From: Deltaproteobacteria bacterium
GTDB taxonomy: Bacteria; Desulfobacterota_D; UBA1144; Nemesobacterales; CSP1-2
Length of the DNA stretch: 64,000 nucleotides
Direction: 5' to 3'
Assembly (NCBI GenBank): GCA_052390235.1
Contig: JBQTHB010000005.1
Location: 256,001 to 320,000 of the forward strand
This document shows, piece after piece, positions 29,362-38,465 of the stretch; positions within the stretch are counted from its first letter, which is position 1; the number at the start of each line of letters is the position of its first letter. The notes beneath the pieces were generated by a model. That model made no database searches. It saw only the letters and a list, made by a program, of their open reading frames with translations, and had not been told where the DNA came from. A program made the position numbers and the translations under genes.

Positions 29362-30615
29362 ATGAATCCGATAATTGACGAGCTGAACAGAAAAATAACC
29401 GCTAGAGCCGACGCCGTAGAGCGGTGGATATGGGAGCATCGAAGCAAAATCGCCCTCCCCCTGTACACGTCCGTTGACCTTAGGGCGTCCCGCTATAAAA
29501 TCGCGCCGGTTGACACGAACATCTTCCCCGCCGGATTCAATAATCTGTCTCCAGCCTCGAGGGAGCGGGCGGCGTCCCTTTTCCAAGCCTCGCTCATACG
29601 CAAACACCCTAACTCCCGAAGCATTCTCATTGTCCCGGAGCTTCACACGAGAAATCCCCATTACTGGGAAAACGTCTCGGCTATAAAATCCATACTTCAA
29701 GCCGGAGGCTTCCGCGCCGAATTGGGACTCGTCGGAGACGATATTGCCGCCGAAGAGGCGGTGTTCGCCACGGCATCGGGGGGAGAGATCCGGGCGTCGA
29801 AGGTCAGGCGCATCGGCTATAAGATTTTTACGGAGGGCTTTGTTCCCGACATCGTCCTTATCAACAACGATTTCTCCGTGAACTGCCCCGCTATACTCAG
29901 GGACATCTCCCAGCCCGTAGAGCCTCCCGTTGAAATCGGCTGGCATACGCGGAGAAAAAACGTCCATTTCAATTTCTATAACGCCCTTGCCGCAGAAATC
30001 GCCCAAATCCTCGGCATTGACCCGTGGACAATTGCCATTGACACAGAACTCCAGCAGAACGTGGACTTCGATTCCCAGGACAGAGAACTGCTCGCCGCCT
30101 CAGTGGATTCGATGATTCAGAGATTAGCTCTGGAACATCTCGAAAGGGGAATCCCAGATGCCCCCTTTGTTTTCGTCAAGAGCAACCGCGGCACTTACGG
30201 AATGGCGGTAATGAACGCCCAAAACGGGCATGAAGTCCGCTCGCTCAACGCCGACGGGAGAAAGCGCATGAGGGTCAGCAAGGGGGGGAGACCAGTGCGA
30301 GACGTAGTGATTCAGGAGGGGATACCGACTTCTCTGAGGTTTGATGGCGGTACAACTGCAGAGCCTGTGCTTTATCTGATAGAGGCGAGCGTCGCCGGGG
30401 GGTTTTTAAGGATGAACCGGGGGAGAACTGAGTTTGAGAACCTGAACACCAGGGGTATGGAGTTTGCGCCAATCCCTTTGGGCGCGCGCGCCGGCCTGCC
30501 GCCCGCTTATGAGCTTGTCGCCCGCGTGGCGAGCCTTGCGGCGGGCTACGAGATAGAAAAAGCCCTTAGAGAGGGAGGATGCGCGAAGGACGCGGCACAG
30601 GCGCGTGTGGGCTGA
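29362..30615 (+). CDS. gshA: Glutamate--cysteine ligase (ATP-grasp GshA type)
   Basis: YTSVDLR, APVDTNIFPAGFNNL, PELHTRN, GTYGMAVM, IQEGIPT, ENLN. Confidence 0.88.
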   Translation: MNPIIDELNRKITARADAVERWIWEHRSKIALPLYTSVDLRASRYKIAPVDTNIFPAGFNNLSPASRERAASLFQASLIRKHPNSRSILIVPELHTRNPHYWENVSAIKSILQAGGFRAELGLVGDDIAAEEAVFATASGGEIRASKVRRIGYKIFTEGFVPDIVLINNDFSVNCPAILRDISQPVEPPVEIGWHTRRKNVHFNFYNALAAEIAQILGIDPWTIAIDTELQQNVDFDSQDRELLAASVDSMIQRLALEHLERGIPDAPFVFVKSNRGTYGMAVMNAQNGHEVRSLNADGRKRMRVSKGGRPVRDVVIQEGIPTSLRFDGGTTAEPVLYLIEASVAGGFLRMNRGRTEFENLNTRGMEFAPIPLGARAGLPPAYELVARVASLAAGYEIEKALREGGCAKDAAQARVG

Positions 30616-30685
30616 GAGGGCGGCTCTCGACCTGCGCAAAATATCGGCGGAGGCTAGAATCAGGAAAATAAAAATTATAGTCCCC

Positions 30686-31291
30686 GTGCTGAGCCGCGAT
30701 GCGAACGTTAGCCGGGGGCGACGTCTCGAATATATCACTATCGGCTGGAACTCTGTGGAGGCGATAGTCGCCCTCGGCGCAGGGGTTGTTTCCGGGAGCA
30801 GCGCTCTAATTGGGTTCGGCGTTGATTCGGTCATCGAGAGTCTGTCGGGAGCGGTTTTATTGTGGCGGCTTTTGGGGAGCGAGCGCCGCGAAGAGCTGGC
30901 TCTGAGGCTCGTCGGGCTAAGTTTTCTTGCGCTTGCCATTTATGTAGCTTTCGATGCAGGAAAATCCCTGTTTCTGCGCGAACCTCCAGATGCGAGCTAC
31001 GTCGGAGTCGGGCTTGCGGTTTTGTCGTTAATTGTTATGCCGATTCTGGCGAGGGCAAAACAGCGCGTCGCTGATGAAATAAATAGCCGAGCTTTGGCGG
31101 CGGATTCCCGCCAGACCGAGATTTGCGCTTACCTTTCGGCTATTTTACTAATGGGACTGGGCTTAAACTCTCTATTCGGGTGGTGGTGGGCAGACCCCAT
31201 CGCCGCACTGGCGATGACGCCCATAATTTTCATAGAAGGAATTCGAGCCTTGCGCGGTGAGGCTTGTTGCGGCGGAGAGCGCCGAGGTTGA
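30686..31291 (+). CDS. Cation diffusion facilitator-like transporter (short form)
   Basis: WNSVEA, ALIGFGVDSVIE, ALAADSRQT, GWWWADP; start uncertain (track gives 30605). Confidence 0.82.
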   Translation: MLSRDANVSRGRRLEYITIGWNSVEAIVALGAGVVSGSSALIGFGVDSVIESLSGAVLLWRLLGSERREELALRLVGLSFLALAIYVAFDAGKSLFLREPPDASYVGVGLAVLSLIVMPILARAKQRVADEINSRALAADSRQTEICAYLSAILLMGLGLNSLFGWWWADPIAALAMTPIIFIEGIRALRGEACCGGERRG

Positions 31292-31338
31292 CCCCCAACT
31301 CCCGCGCCATGATGCGAATAAAAAACCTGCGCGTAAAT

Positions 31339-31367
31339 TTGACAAAAGCCACTTATTTAACTATCCT
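31339..31367 (+). promoter_or_regulatory. Sigma70 promoter for the tRNA-Ile2 unit
   Basis: TTGACA-17 nt-TATCCT ending 24 nt before the tRNA. Confidence 0.7.
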
Positions 31368-31391
31368 AAGGCATTCTAAGCGATACAATTT

Positions 31392-31465
31392 GGGCCCATA
31401 GCTCAGCAGGTTAGAGCGGCGGACTCATAATCCGTTGGTCCCTGGTTCGAATCCGGGTGGGCCCA
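31392..31465 (+). tRNA. tRNA with CAT anticodon, most likely tRNA-Ile2 (lysidine); CCA not encoded
   Basis: GGGCCCA/TGGGCCC acceptor stem, GCGGA-CTCATAA-TCCGT anticodon arm, TTCGAAT loop; lacks initiator features. Confidence 0.88.
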
Positions 31466-31598
31466 TATTTTCATCGGGTCTTTAGATGACAAAAGACAGC
31501 GAATACGACTCTTTCCCACAATTTAACTTTCTCTCCAGCAGTCAAAAAACCCCGCAATTAATCAGTCCAAAAATTAAATACAATTCAAAGAGGTGGAA

Positions 31599-32330
31599 AT
31601 GAGAGAACAATTTACGGCTCTCGAATCGCTCCAGTGTCTCGATTTGAAGTTGAGAGATTTACAGGAGAATATCGAGAAATATCCAAGGGAAATAGCTCGC
31701 TTTAACGAGTACCTCTCTAGGCTCAAAGAGTCCATCGCCAAATCCAAAGGCGAACTCGCCGCATCCATGCTCCAAAAATCCCAAGCCGAACTGAAACTCG
31801 CGTCGAGCCAAGAGGGGATTAAAAAATCCGAGCAGAAGCTCTTTGAAATCAAAACCTACAGAGAGTATGAAGCCCTTCAGAAGGAAATCGTCGAGATTAA
31901 AAAATCCAATTCCCAGCTTGAAGATGTTATCCTCGAGCAATTGGAGAGGGCCGAATCCCTAGAGAGGGGCATTAAATCCGAGGAAGCGACTCTTGCCGAA
32001 AAGGAACTGGAATACGGAGCGATAATTGCCGAATACCAGAAGCACAGCGATGTTCTGAAACGGGATTACGAGTTAAACCGTCAGGAGAAGGTAAAACTCG
32101 CATCAAATATAAGAAGCGACGTGCTTTCCATTTATGAGAGAATAAGAAAGAAAAACGGCGTTGCCCTCGTGCGCGCCACTCGGAATCAAATCTGCACGGG
32201 GTGTAATATGAATATCCCATCGCAACTATTCAACGAGATTCTCAAGCTCACGGCGATGATTCAGTGCCCGAGCTGTCATAGAATTCTGTACTGTGAAGAA
32301 ACTGAAAATGGCCAGCAGCTCTCAGCTTAG
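31599..32330 (+). CDS. Coiled-coil C4-type zinc ribbon protein (DUF164/FlgZ-like)
   Basis: Long coiled coil, REYEALQKEI, CTGC...CPSCHRILY. Confidence 0.9.
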   Translation: MREQFTALESLQCLDLKLRDLQENIEKYPREIARFNEYLSRLKESIAKSKGELAASMLQKSQAELKLASSQEGIKKSEQKLFEIKTYREYEALQKEIVEIKKSNSQLEDVILEQLERAESLERGIKSEEATLAEKELEYGAIIAEYQKHSDVLKRDYELNRQEKVKLASNIRSDVLSIYERIRKKNGVALVRATRNQICTGCNMNIPSQLFNEILKLTAMIQCPSCHRILYCEETENGQQLSA

Positions 32331-32781
32331 GTTATCCCTCGGCATCCCCGGCGCTGCCCCGGCAAAGTCCGCCCTCGTTTGGACAGACGGCGCTTGCAGG
32401 GGAAATCCGGGGGCGTCCGGCGCAGGAGCGCTAATTAAGGACTCCGAAGGCGAAGCGAGCGAGATAAAAAAATACCTCGGCACGGTTACGAATAATCAAG
32501 CCGAGTACGAGGCGTTCATCGCCGCCCTCGAAGCCGCCCGCAGGCTCGAAATATCCCAAATTAAAATCCACACCGATTCCCTCCTCCTCGCCAATCAAGT
32601 TAACGGCGCGTGGCGGGTGAAGGACGAGAAGATTAAACCCCTCCATGCCAAAGCCCTGAGCCTTATCGCCCAATTTGAGGGCGTTCGGGTCGTCCACATT
32701 CCAAGAGAAGAAAACCGCGCCGCCGATAGGCTTGCAAACCAGGCCATTGACGAATATGTTTATTCCCTAAGAGGCGAGTGA
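32308..32781 (+). CDS. rnhA: Ribonuclease HI
   Basis: TDGACRGNPG, TNNQAEY, TDS, HIPREENRAADRLAN. Confidence 0.93.
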   Translation: MASSSQLRLSLGIPGAAPAKSALVWTDGACRGNPGASGAGALIKDSEGEASEIKKYLGTVTNNQAEYEAFIAALEAARRLEISQIKIHTDSLLLANQVNGAWRVKDEKIKPLHAKALSLIAQFEGVRVVHIPREENRAADRLANQAIDEYVYSLRGE

Positions 32782-33138
32782 GACGAGCAGTCGCTGGCTC
32801 GAAGTAAAGAGCTGGAGGAAAGTCCGAACTCCGCAGGGCAGGGTGCCGGGTAACCCCCGGGTGCCGCGAGGCAACGGAAAGTGCCACAGAAAACAAACCG
32901 CCCGCTTTTCTCTGCAAAGGGAGCGGCGGGTAAGGGTGAAAAGGCAGTGTAAGAGACTACCGCAAGGGGCGGCAACGCCCTTTGGCAAGGAAAACCCCGC
33001 CCGGAGAAAGACCAAATAGGGAAGTATGGATGCGCCCGTCCGAGGCTTCCGGGTAGGTCGTAAGAGGCGATGCGGCAACGCTCGCCCAAGATGAATGACT
33101 GCGCAAGACAGAATTCGGCTTACGGGCTCGCTCGCCTC
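32771..33138 (+). ncRNA. rnpB: RNase P RNA (type A)
   Basis: GAGGAAAGTCC, AGTGCCACAGAAA, GGTGAAAAGG, ACAGAATTCGGCTTAC conserved boxes; P1 GAGGCGAGTGAG pairs with CTCGCTCGCCTC. Confidence 0.96.
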
Positions 33139-33283
33139 TTTTAAATTCAATATGCGCCGTGCAAATTCTCGATGTTGGATGGATAAGTTAGGCAATTAGC
33201 CCATTGAAATTAGATTCGCGCCTAAGGCTCTCGCGGGGCTTTAGATGCCGTCGTTATCCTCAGAACCTACCATTTATGATCCT

Positions 33284-33685
33284 TTATTGCATTGCGCGGG
33301 ATATTCTTTTAACCGCGTTAGCAGGCTTTTTAATATCGTGTTCCCATACACGGATAACTTTCCATCCGGTTCGACGTAAAGCAGATCGAATTCTTCGATC
33401 GCGCTGTATGTTTCTATCTATCTTTGATTGCCAATAAGATGTGTTACTACTCGGCCTCCGCAAGTGTTTTGGGCAACCATGCCAGAAGCAACTATCTATG
33501 AAGACGGCGACTTTGGCGCTACGAAATGCCAGGTCAGGTTTTCCAGGTAGATCGTCTGCATAACGCACAAATCCTTCTATTTTCACTGCCTTCAGAGTGG
33601 CAATAAATTGTTCTTCGAGCCGAGTATTCTTGCTCTGTACCTTTGCCATTATACGAGAGCGGGTTTCTTTATCTACAGTATCCAT
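33284..33685 (-). CDS. vsr: Very short patch repair endonuclease
   Basis: RSRIMAKVQSKNT, LPGKPD, DSCFWHGC, GWKVIRVWE. Confidence 0.95.
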   Translation of the reverse strand: MDTVDKETRSRIMAKVQSKNTRLEEQFIATLKAVKIEGFVRYADDLPGKPDLAFRSAKVAVFIDSCFWHGCPKHLRRPSSNTSYWQSKIDRNIQRDRRIRSALRRTGWKVIRVWEHDIKKPANAVKRISRAMQ

Positions 33686-33705
33686 ACCAGCCTATGATTG
33701 GCTCA

Positions 33706-34821
33706 TCATTTCTTAGAGCTTAATGCTATTTCTGTATCGGTGAGCCAACGTTTATCTGCTGGTTTAAACAGATACCCACGCTCTTTTAGAAACTGTGGTA
33801 TCGCGTCGTTTTGAGCTTGTGGGAATTCAGCGTTAAAGCCATCAACCAATTGATGTAATAATGCCCCTGCCAGATGATTCGCGAACTTGCCACGTAAACA
33901 TCGCTCATACCTTCAATCAAATCCGCTTCCTTGACTATTCCTCGAACTCGTTTGCCCCAGCTTATTTGTTTGGTAAAGCTTTCGATTGCTTGAGCGTCTG
34001 CATCGCGGCACACAATAACAATGGGGTCGCTTTCCACTTGATCTACGATTCCATTGGCGAGCCTGTTATTAAGAGTGAGATGTTTTACTTGGATTACGGG
34101 GCCAAAGTTTGCCCACATATCTAATCCCTCGATCAGCAGCGTTGGTAACGCCAACACGATAAATATGGGCTATCTCTTCTCTTTCAAGCCGTCCTTTATC
34201 TAATCCTAGAAGTACCCGCGCTAAGTCGGCAAATTCTTTTAGCAGTTCCTTGCTCTTGGCCGGTACGCTCACTTTGATTGTTGTGCTTAGACCCGCGACA
34301 ACAGTTTCGAAAAGGCTATGGGAAACAATTTCATAGGCTTTATCAATGCTGCGGCGAATGCCTGCGTCGGTGACGAACAGATCAAACAATGCCGCTAATT
34401 GAAAAGTCTTTGGTGTCGCTGTTTCTAAAGCCGAAAGTATTCTCGCTACGGTTCCTTGACGCTCGCTGTAGCGCATATAAATGTATCGTTCGACTGCCCC
34501 CTTGGTTCTTTTGTTTTCCGTATCCAGCGCGCAAAGTATTTCCGGCGGCATAGCGGTCGGATTCCAAACGTCGTGTTGATATCTCGCAGAGGAGGTGGAG
34601 ACTTTACCGGTCAGTCTCCTTGTGATTTCATTACGCCAACGGAATGATGGATTTTGAAAACTGCTCTGCTTCGATACATCTATATCTTTTTCGAGACGTG
34701 AGCGGCGTAGCGCTTCTGCAATTTGAATTGGCGTATAAAGATCGACTCGACCTATGTTAATTATCATGTCAAGACGGGCTTTGGCTTCTTCGATAGTAAT
34801 AGGCGTCTTTTTAGATAACAT
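33706..34821 (-). pseudogene. HaeII-family restriction endonuclease, disrupted by two frameshifts
   Basis: RVDLYTPIQIAE, STSSARYQ, VGVTNAADRG/LDMWANFGPVIQVKHL, and after a second shift WYERCLRGK...EFP...ERGY; extra G at 34126-34128 and a missing base at 33911/33912. Confidence 0.82.
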
Positions 34822-35884
34822 CAACTTTGTACCCTTTTTTTTGCTCTGTGGACTTATAGTCAAATTCAAACACTCCCTGAATGAGTTTGTGCGTTTGGGT
34901 TGCTTGTTTGGTTTCGTGTTCTAGCGCGATTAGCAAACACCGCAGGACGGCGGCAACACAAGGGACGGCGACGCTATTGCCCGCTTGCTTGCGAGTCGCT
35001 GAGTAACCGCGCACGATTTTATAACTGTCGGGAAATCCTTGTAGGCGCGACATCTCGCGTTCGGTAAGTCTTCGCTCGCCATTGACGAGAAGGTAATTAT
35101 ATGAAGCCCCAGCTCGCAGAGCGCAAGAGTAGGGGTATGCGCTGATGTTTCCGCCTTTATTCTCATGCCAGATAGTTGGCTCATTGTAATGCTTTTTCCC
35201 CTCTCTCTTTTTCAGGCGGTTCTGTCGAATCTGTTCCGAAGCGTAATAAAACTCGGGCACATCTGTTTCTAAGATATCTGATAGCGATTTCATTGGAACT
35301 ATTCCACGAGGCCAGAAGAACTGATGAGGTTCACGGAATCCAGCGATGAAAATGCGCTCCCGCTTTTGCGGCAATCCAAAATGTAAAGCGTTGAGAACTC
35401 GATACTGCGCTTGGTATCCCAAATTATCAAGGGTTTCCATTATACGCGCCAATGTTCGTCCTTGATCATGAGTTTGCAATTGCTTCACGTTTTCAAGGAG
35501 AAAAGCCGTTGGTTGTTTTTCCTTTAGAATGCGAGCGATGTCAAAGAAGAGCGTGCCACGAGCGTCCTCAAATCCTTTCCGGTCGCCACAAATACTAAAT
35601 GCTTGGCAAGGAAATCCAGCAAATAAAATATCGTGATCTGGAATGTCCTGCTCCTTTACTTTTGTTATGTCGCCGACGGGTTTTATGCCGAAATTGGCTT
35701 CGTATGCAATTTGGCAATCTTGATCAACGTCACTTGCAAAAACACATTCGGCTTTGATATTCCGCTCTTTACAAATAAGATCCGCAGCCATATGAAATCC
35801 GCCAATACCGCAGAATAGATCGATGTATTTTATTTTCCGGCTATCGTTATTTTCAGTCTTCAAACGCATTACCTCGTCGTTCAA
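34811..35884 (-). CDS. DNA (cytosine-5)-methyltransferase
   Basis: DLFCGIGG, AGFPCQ, ENV, PQKRERIF, RLQGFP, QAGNSV. Confidence 0.95.
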   Translation of the reverse strand: MNDEVMRLKTENNDSRKIKYIDLFCGIGGFHMAADLICKERNIKAECVFASDVDQDCQIAYEANFGIKPVGDITKVKEQDIPDHDILFAGFPCQAFSICGDRKGFEDARGTLFFDIARILKEKQPTAFLLENVKQLQTHDQGRTLARIMETLDNLGYQAQYRVLNALHFGLPQKRERIFIAGFREPHQFFWPRGIVPMKSLSDILETDVPEFYYASEQIRQNRLKKREGKKHYNEPTIWHENKGGNISAYPYSCALRAGASYNYLLVNGERRLTEREMSRLQGFPDSYKIVRGYSATRKQAGNSVAVPCVAAVLRCLLIALEHETKQATQTHKLIQGVFEFDYKSTEQKKGYKVDVI

Positions 35885-36228
35885 AGTTGTTTTCTATACC
35901 TTTTTTCTCTTCTTAGAATTACACTTTGAACTAAAATATTTCCCAAATCAACTGGTAAGGGGAAATGATGGAACAACGTCCCAAGAAGCTCCTTGGATGC
36001 CCTCTTAGTTACTAGGAATTCTCAGTCATCCGCTCAGTCCAAGACCGCGCTCACAAACACCATATCAGCGACACTGACAGAACAAGACCTGTGAATCTCA
36101 AGCATCTCACACTTGATGCGGGCGCTCAACGGCAATGCGGCATCTGCGGCTTGGATATTAGCCGGAATAAATATCTACATAGCGCAATCTTCGGGTATGA
36201 TTTTGCGCAGTGTAGAGGCATCAGCGCA

Positions 36229-36870
36229 ATGACTAATTTTGAAACTCATGATCCGAGCCGTAAGCTCTCGGCAACGCTGGCGAGGGTGGCCGATTCCCTG
36301 CCGCCTGAATCCGTCATGCTACGCGACCTGCTTGAGCTTGTCGGCGAGCAGGGATTGCTTCTGCTCTGCATATTTCTGTGTCTGCCCTTTCTGCTTCCGG
36401 TTTCTATTCCCGGTGTAAGCACCGTGTTTGGTCTGGCGATTATTTTCATCGGCACGGGCGTGGCTTTTAATCGGCTACCGTGGTTTCCAAAGCGCGTTCT
36501 CGACCGCCCCCTGTCCACCAATCAGCTAAGAGACGTCCTCAAGCGCGGCGCCGGCATCGTTAGGCGTTTCGAGCGTCTGGTTCGTCCACGATGCCTCGTA
36601 TTGTCCGGCGGCGCGGGGATTAATTTCTTCAACGGCGCGGCTCTGGTCTTGGGCGGCGTCCTGCTGACATTTCCTCTTGGGCTAATTCCGTTCTCGAACA
36701 CCCTGCCGGCGGCGGCGGTTCTATTCCTAGCTCTTGGAATGCTGGAGCGCGACGGGCTATTTATTGTCGCCGGGTATTTGATGAATATCGTAACTATCGT
36801 CTATTTTGCCGCGCTCGCCGCTGGGGCGCTGTTTGCCGGCGAGAGCATCCGCACTTTGATAAGCCAATAG
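36229..36870 (+). CDS. ExoD family membrane protein
   Basis: LPFLLPVSIPGVSTVFG, PWFP, PFSNTLPA, ERDG; likely ATG at 36229. Confidence 0.88.
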   Translation: MTNFETHDPSRKLSATLARVADSLPPESVMLRDLLELVGEQGLLLLCIFLCLPFLLPVSIPGVSTVFGLAIIFIGTGVAFNRLPWFPKRVLDRPLSTNQLRDVLKRGAGIVRRFERLVRPRCLVLSGGAGINFFNGAALVLGGVLLTFPLGLIPFSNTLPAAAVLFLALGMLERDGLFIVAGYLMNIVTIVYFAALAAGALFAGESIRTLISQ

Positions 36871-36909
36871 CCGCATAGCTGACACTCCAATCCTCTTATC
36901 GGCGATGAT

Positions 36910-38133
36910 TTATAGGGCGCGGGTGGGTTGCTGAAATCTCACGCGGACGAACTCGCGCTTGCCAATTTTCATCTTGAGCGGCTCGGCTGATGAAATCTCG
37001 CGCTTGGGGTCGGCAACTTTCACTCCGTTCACGGTTACGCCCCCTTGCTCGATGAGGCGTTTTGCTTCCCCTCGGCTTTTTACGCGCTCGGACGCCGAAA
37101 TTACCAAATCAACTATGTTTATATCCCCCGATGCATCAACGACGACCTCTACTGCGTCTTCTGGGAACTCGCGCTGGGAGAACTTAAGCTCGAAATCCCT
37201 TTTGGCCTCTAGGGCGGCGTCCTGTCCGTAAAACCACGCCGCAAGCTCTCCGGCTAAGGCTTTTTTCGCGTCCATCGGGTGCGCCGACGCCCTCATCGCC
37301 GCAATCTCATCCTGCGGGCGCGAGCTTAGGATGTCGTAGTATCTCCACATTATCGCATCGGGAATGGACATCACTTTGCCGAATATATCTTCGGGCGCGT
37401 CATCAATGGCAATGTAGTTTCCCAGAGATTTGGACATTTTCCGCACCCCGTCCAGTCCTTCGAGAATGGGCAGGAATATTGCCACCTGAGGGGTTTGTCC
37501 GAAGTGGCGCTGAACGTCCCGCCCTAGGAGGATATTGAATTTCTGGTCCGTGCCGCCGAGTTCTACATCCGCGCGAATCATGGCTGAGTCGTAAGCCTGA
37601 ATTAGGGGGTAGAGAAATTCCTTTATCGTTATAGGCACGCCGGAGGTGAAGCGTTTGTGAAAATCATCCCGCTCAAGCATTCGGGCGACGTTTTCAAGCG
37701 AGGCGAGCCTGAGCAGTTCCTCCGCGCTGAGTTTCTTGAGCCACTCGGAGTTAAAAGCGACCTCTGTTCTGTCTCTCCTTAGGATTTTAAACACCTGCCT
37801 CTCGTAAGTGGCGGCGTTTCTGGCAACGTCCTCAGCCGAGAGCGTGGGCCTAGTTTCGACTCTCCCCGTGGGGTCTCCTATCATCGCAGTGAAATCCCCT
37901 ATGAGAAAGACGACGGTGTGTCCCAAGTCCTGGAATTCTCTGAGTTTTTTGAGCAAGATGCAGTGTCCAAGGTGGAGGTCGGGAGCAGTGGGGTCGAATC
38001 CCGCTTTAATTCTAAGGGGCCTGCCAGCGCCTGCGGACTCGGCGAATTTGGCGGACAACTCCTCCTCCGAGATTACTTCATCCGCTCCTCGCAGAATTGT
38101 TTCAAGCTGGCTCTTGGGGCTTGGGAATTTCAT
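36910..38133 (-). CDS. tyrS: Tyrosine--tRNA ligase
   Basis: [27 protein letters not shown]-terminal S4 domain. Confidence 0.97.
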   Translation of the reverse strand: MKFPSPKSQLETILRGADEVISEEELSAKFAESAGAGRPLRIKAGFDPTAPDLHLGHCILLKKLREFQDLGHTVVFLIGDFTAMIGDPTGRVETRPTLSAEDVARNAATYERQVFKILRRDRTEVAFNSEWLKKLSAEELLRLASLENVARMLERDDFHKRFTSGVPITIKEFLYPLIQAYDSAMIRADVELGGTDQKFNILLGRDVQRHFGQTPQVAIFLPILEGLDGVRKMSKSLGNYIAIDDAPEDIFGKVMSIPDAIMWRYYDILSSRPQDEIAAMRASAHPMDAKKALAGELAAWFYGQDAALEAKRDFELKFSQREFPEDAVEVVVDASGDINIVDLVISASERVKSRGEAKRLIEQGGVTVNGVKVADPKREISSAEPLKMKIGKREFVRVRFQQPTRAL

Positions 38134-38232
38134 CGTCGCTTCGGGGCGCCTCTCCCTGGGTTCTATTGGCTCTAAATAATAGATTATTAGAGGTCTAAGT
38201 CAACGCAAGGGGGCTAAGCGCTTATGAAAGAA

Positions 38233-38308
38233 TGGTCGGGGTGAGAGGATTTGAACCTCCGACCTTACGGTCCCGAACCGTACGCTCTGCCAACTGAGCT
38301 ACACCCCG
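38233..38308 (-). tRNA. tRNA-Pro (anticodon CGG)
   Basis: CGGGGTGTAGCTCAG...TACGG-TTCGGGA-CCGTA...GGTTCAAATCC...CACCCCGACCA. Confidence 0.95.
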
Positions 38309-38465
38309 AAAATTAACCGGACGGCGACTACCGGCTATATAAATTACAACAGTTTTTTCATCTTGCAAGAATGCGGCGCGCAATCCCCTGAAATGTTATT
38401 GCAAAACCGCTTTGCGTGTGCAACAATGAGAGGATGAAATCCAGCGTGCGCGAGAGGTAATATCA

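Noticed and set aside
29209..30006. 265-aa minus-strand ORF
   Set aside because: Antisense to gshA and the RDD gene; no motifs.
31392..31465. tRNA-Met call for the CAT tRNA
   Set aside because: It has a paired G1-C72 and no GGG/CCC anticodon stem, so it is not the initiator. Overall it resembles Ile2, though elongator Met cannot be fully excluded.
32663..33195. Several minus-strand ORFs (84-142 aa)
   Set aside because: They overlap the RNase P RNA gene, whose conserved boxes explain the sequence.
33786..34869. Two separate genes, or programmed frameshifting, in the endonuclease region
   Set aside because: The fragments join into one HaeII-like protein, and the shift sites lack slippery runs or long homopolymers, so mutation or assembly error is more likely.
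36030..36095. Possible att-site duplication of the rnpB 3' end (GACAGAA) bounding the RM cassette
   Set aside because: Only about 7 nt match, which is expected by chance, and no integrase is present.
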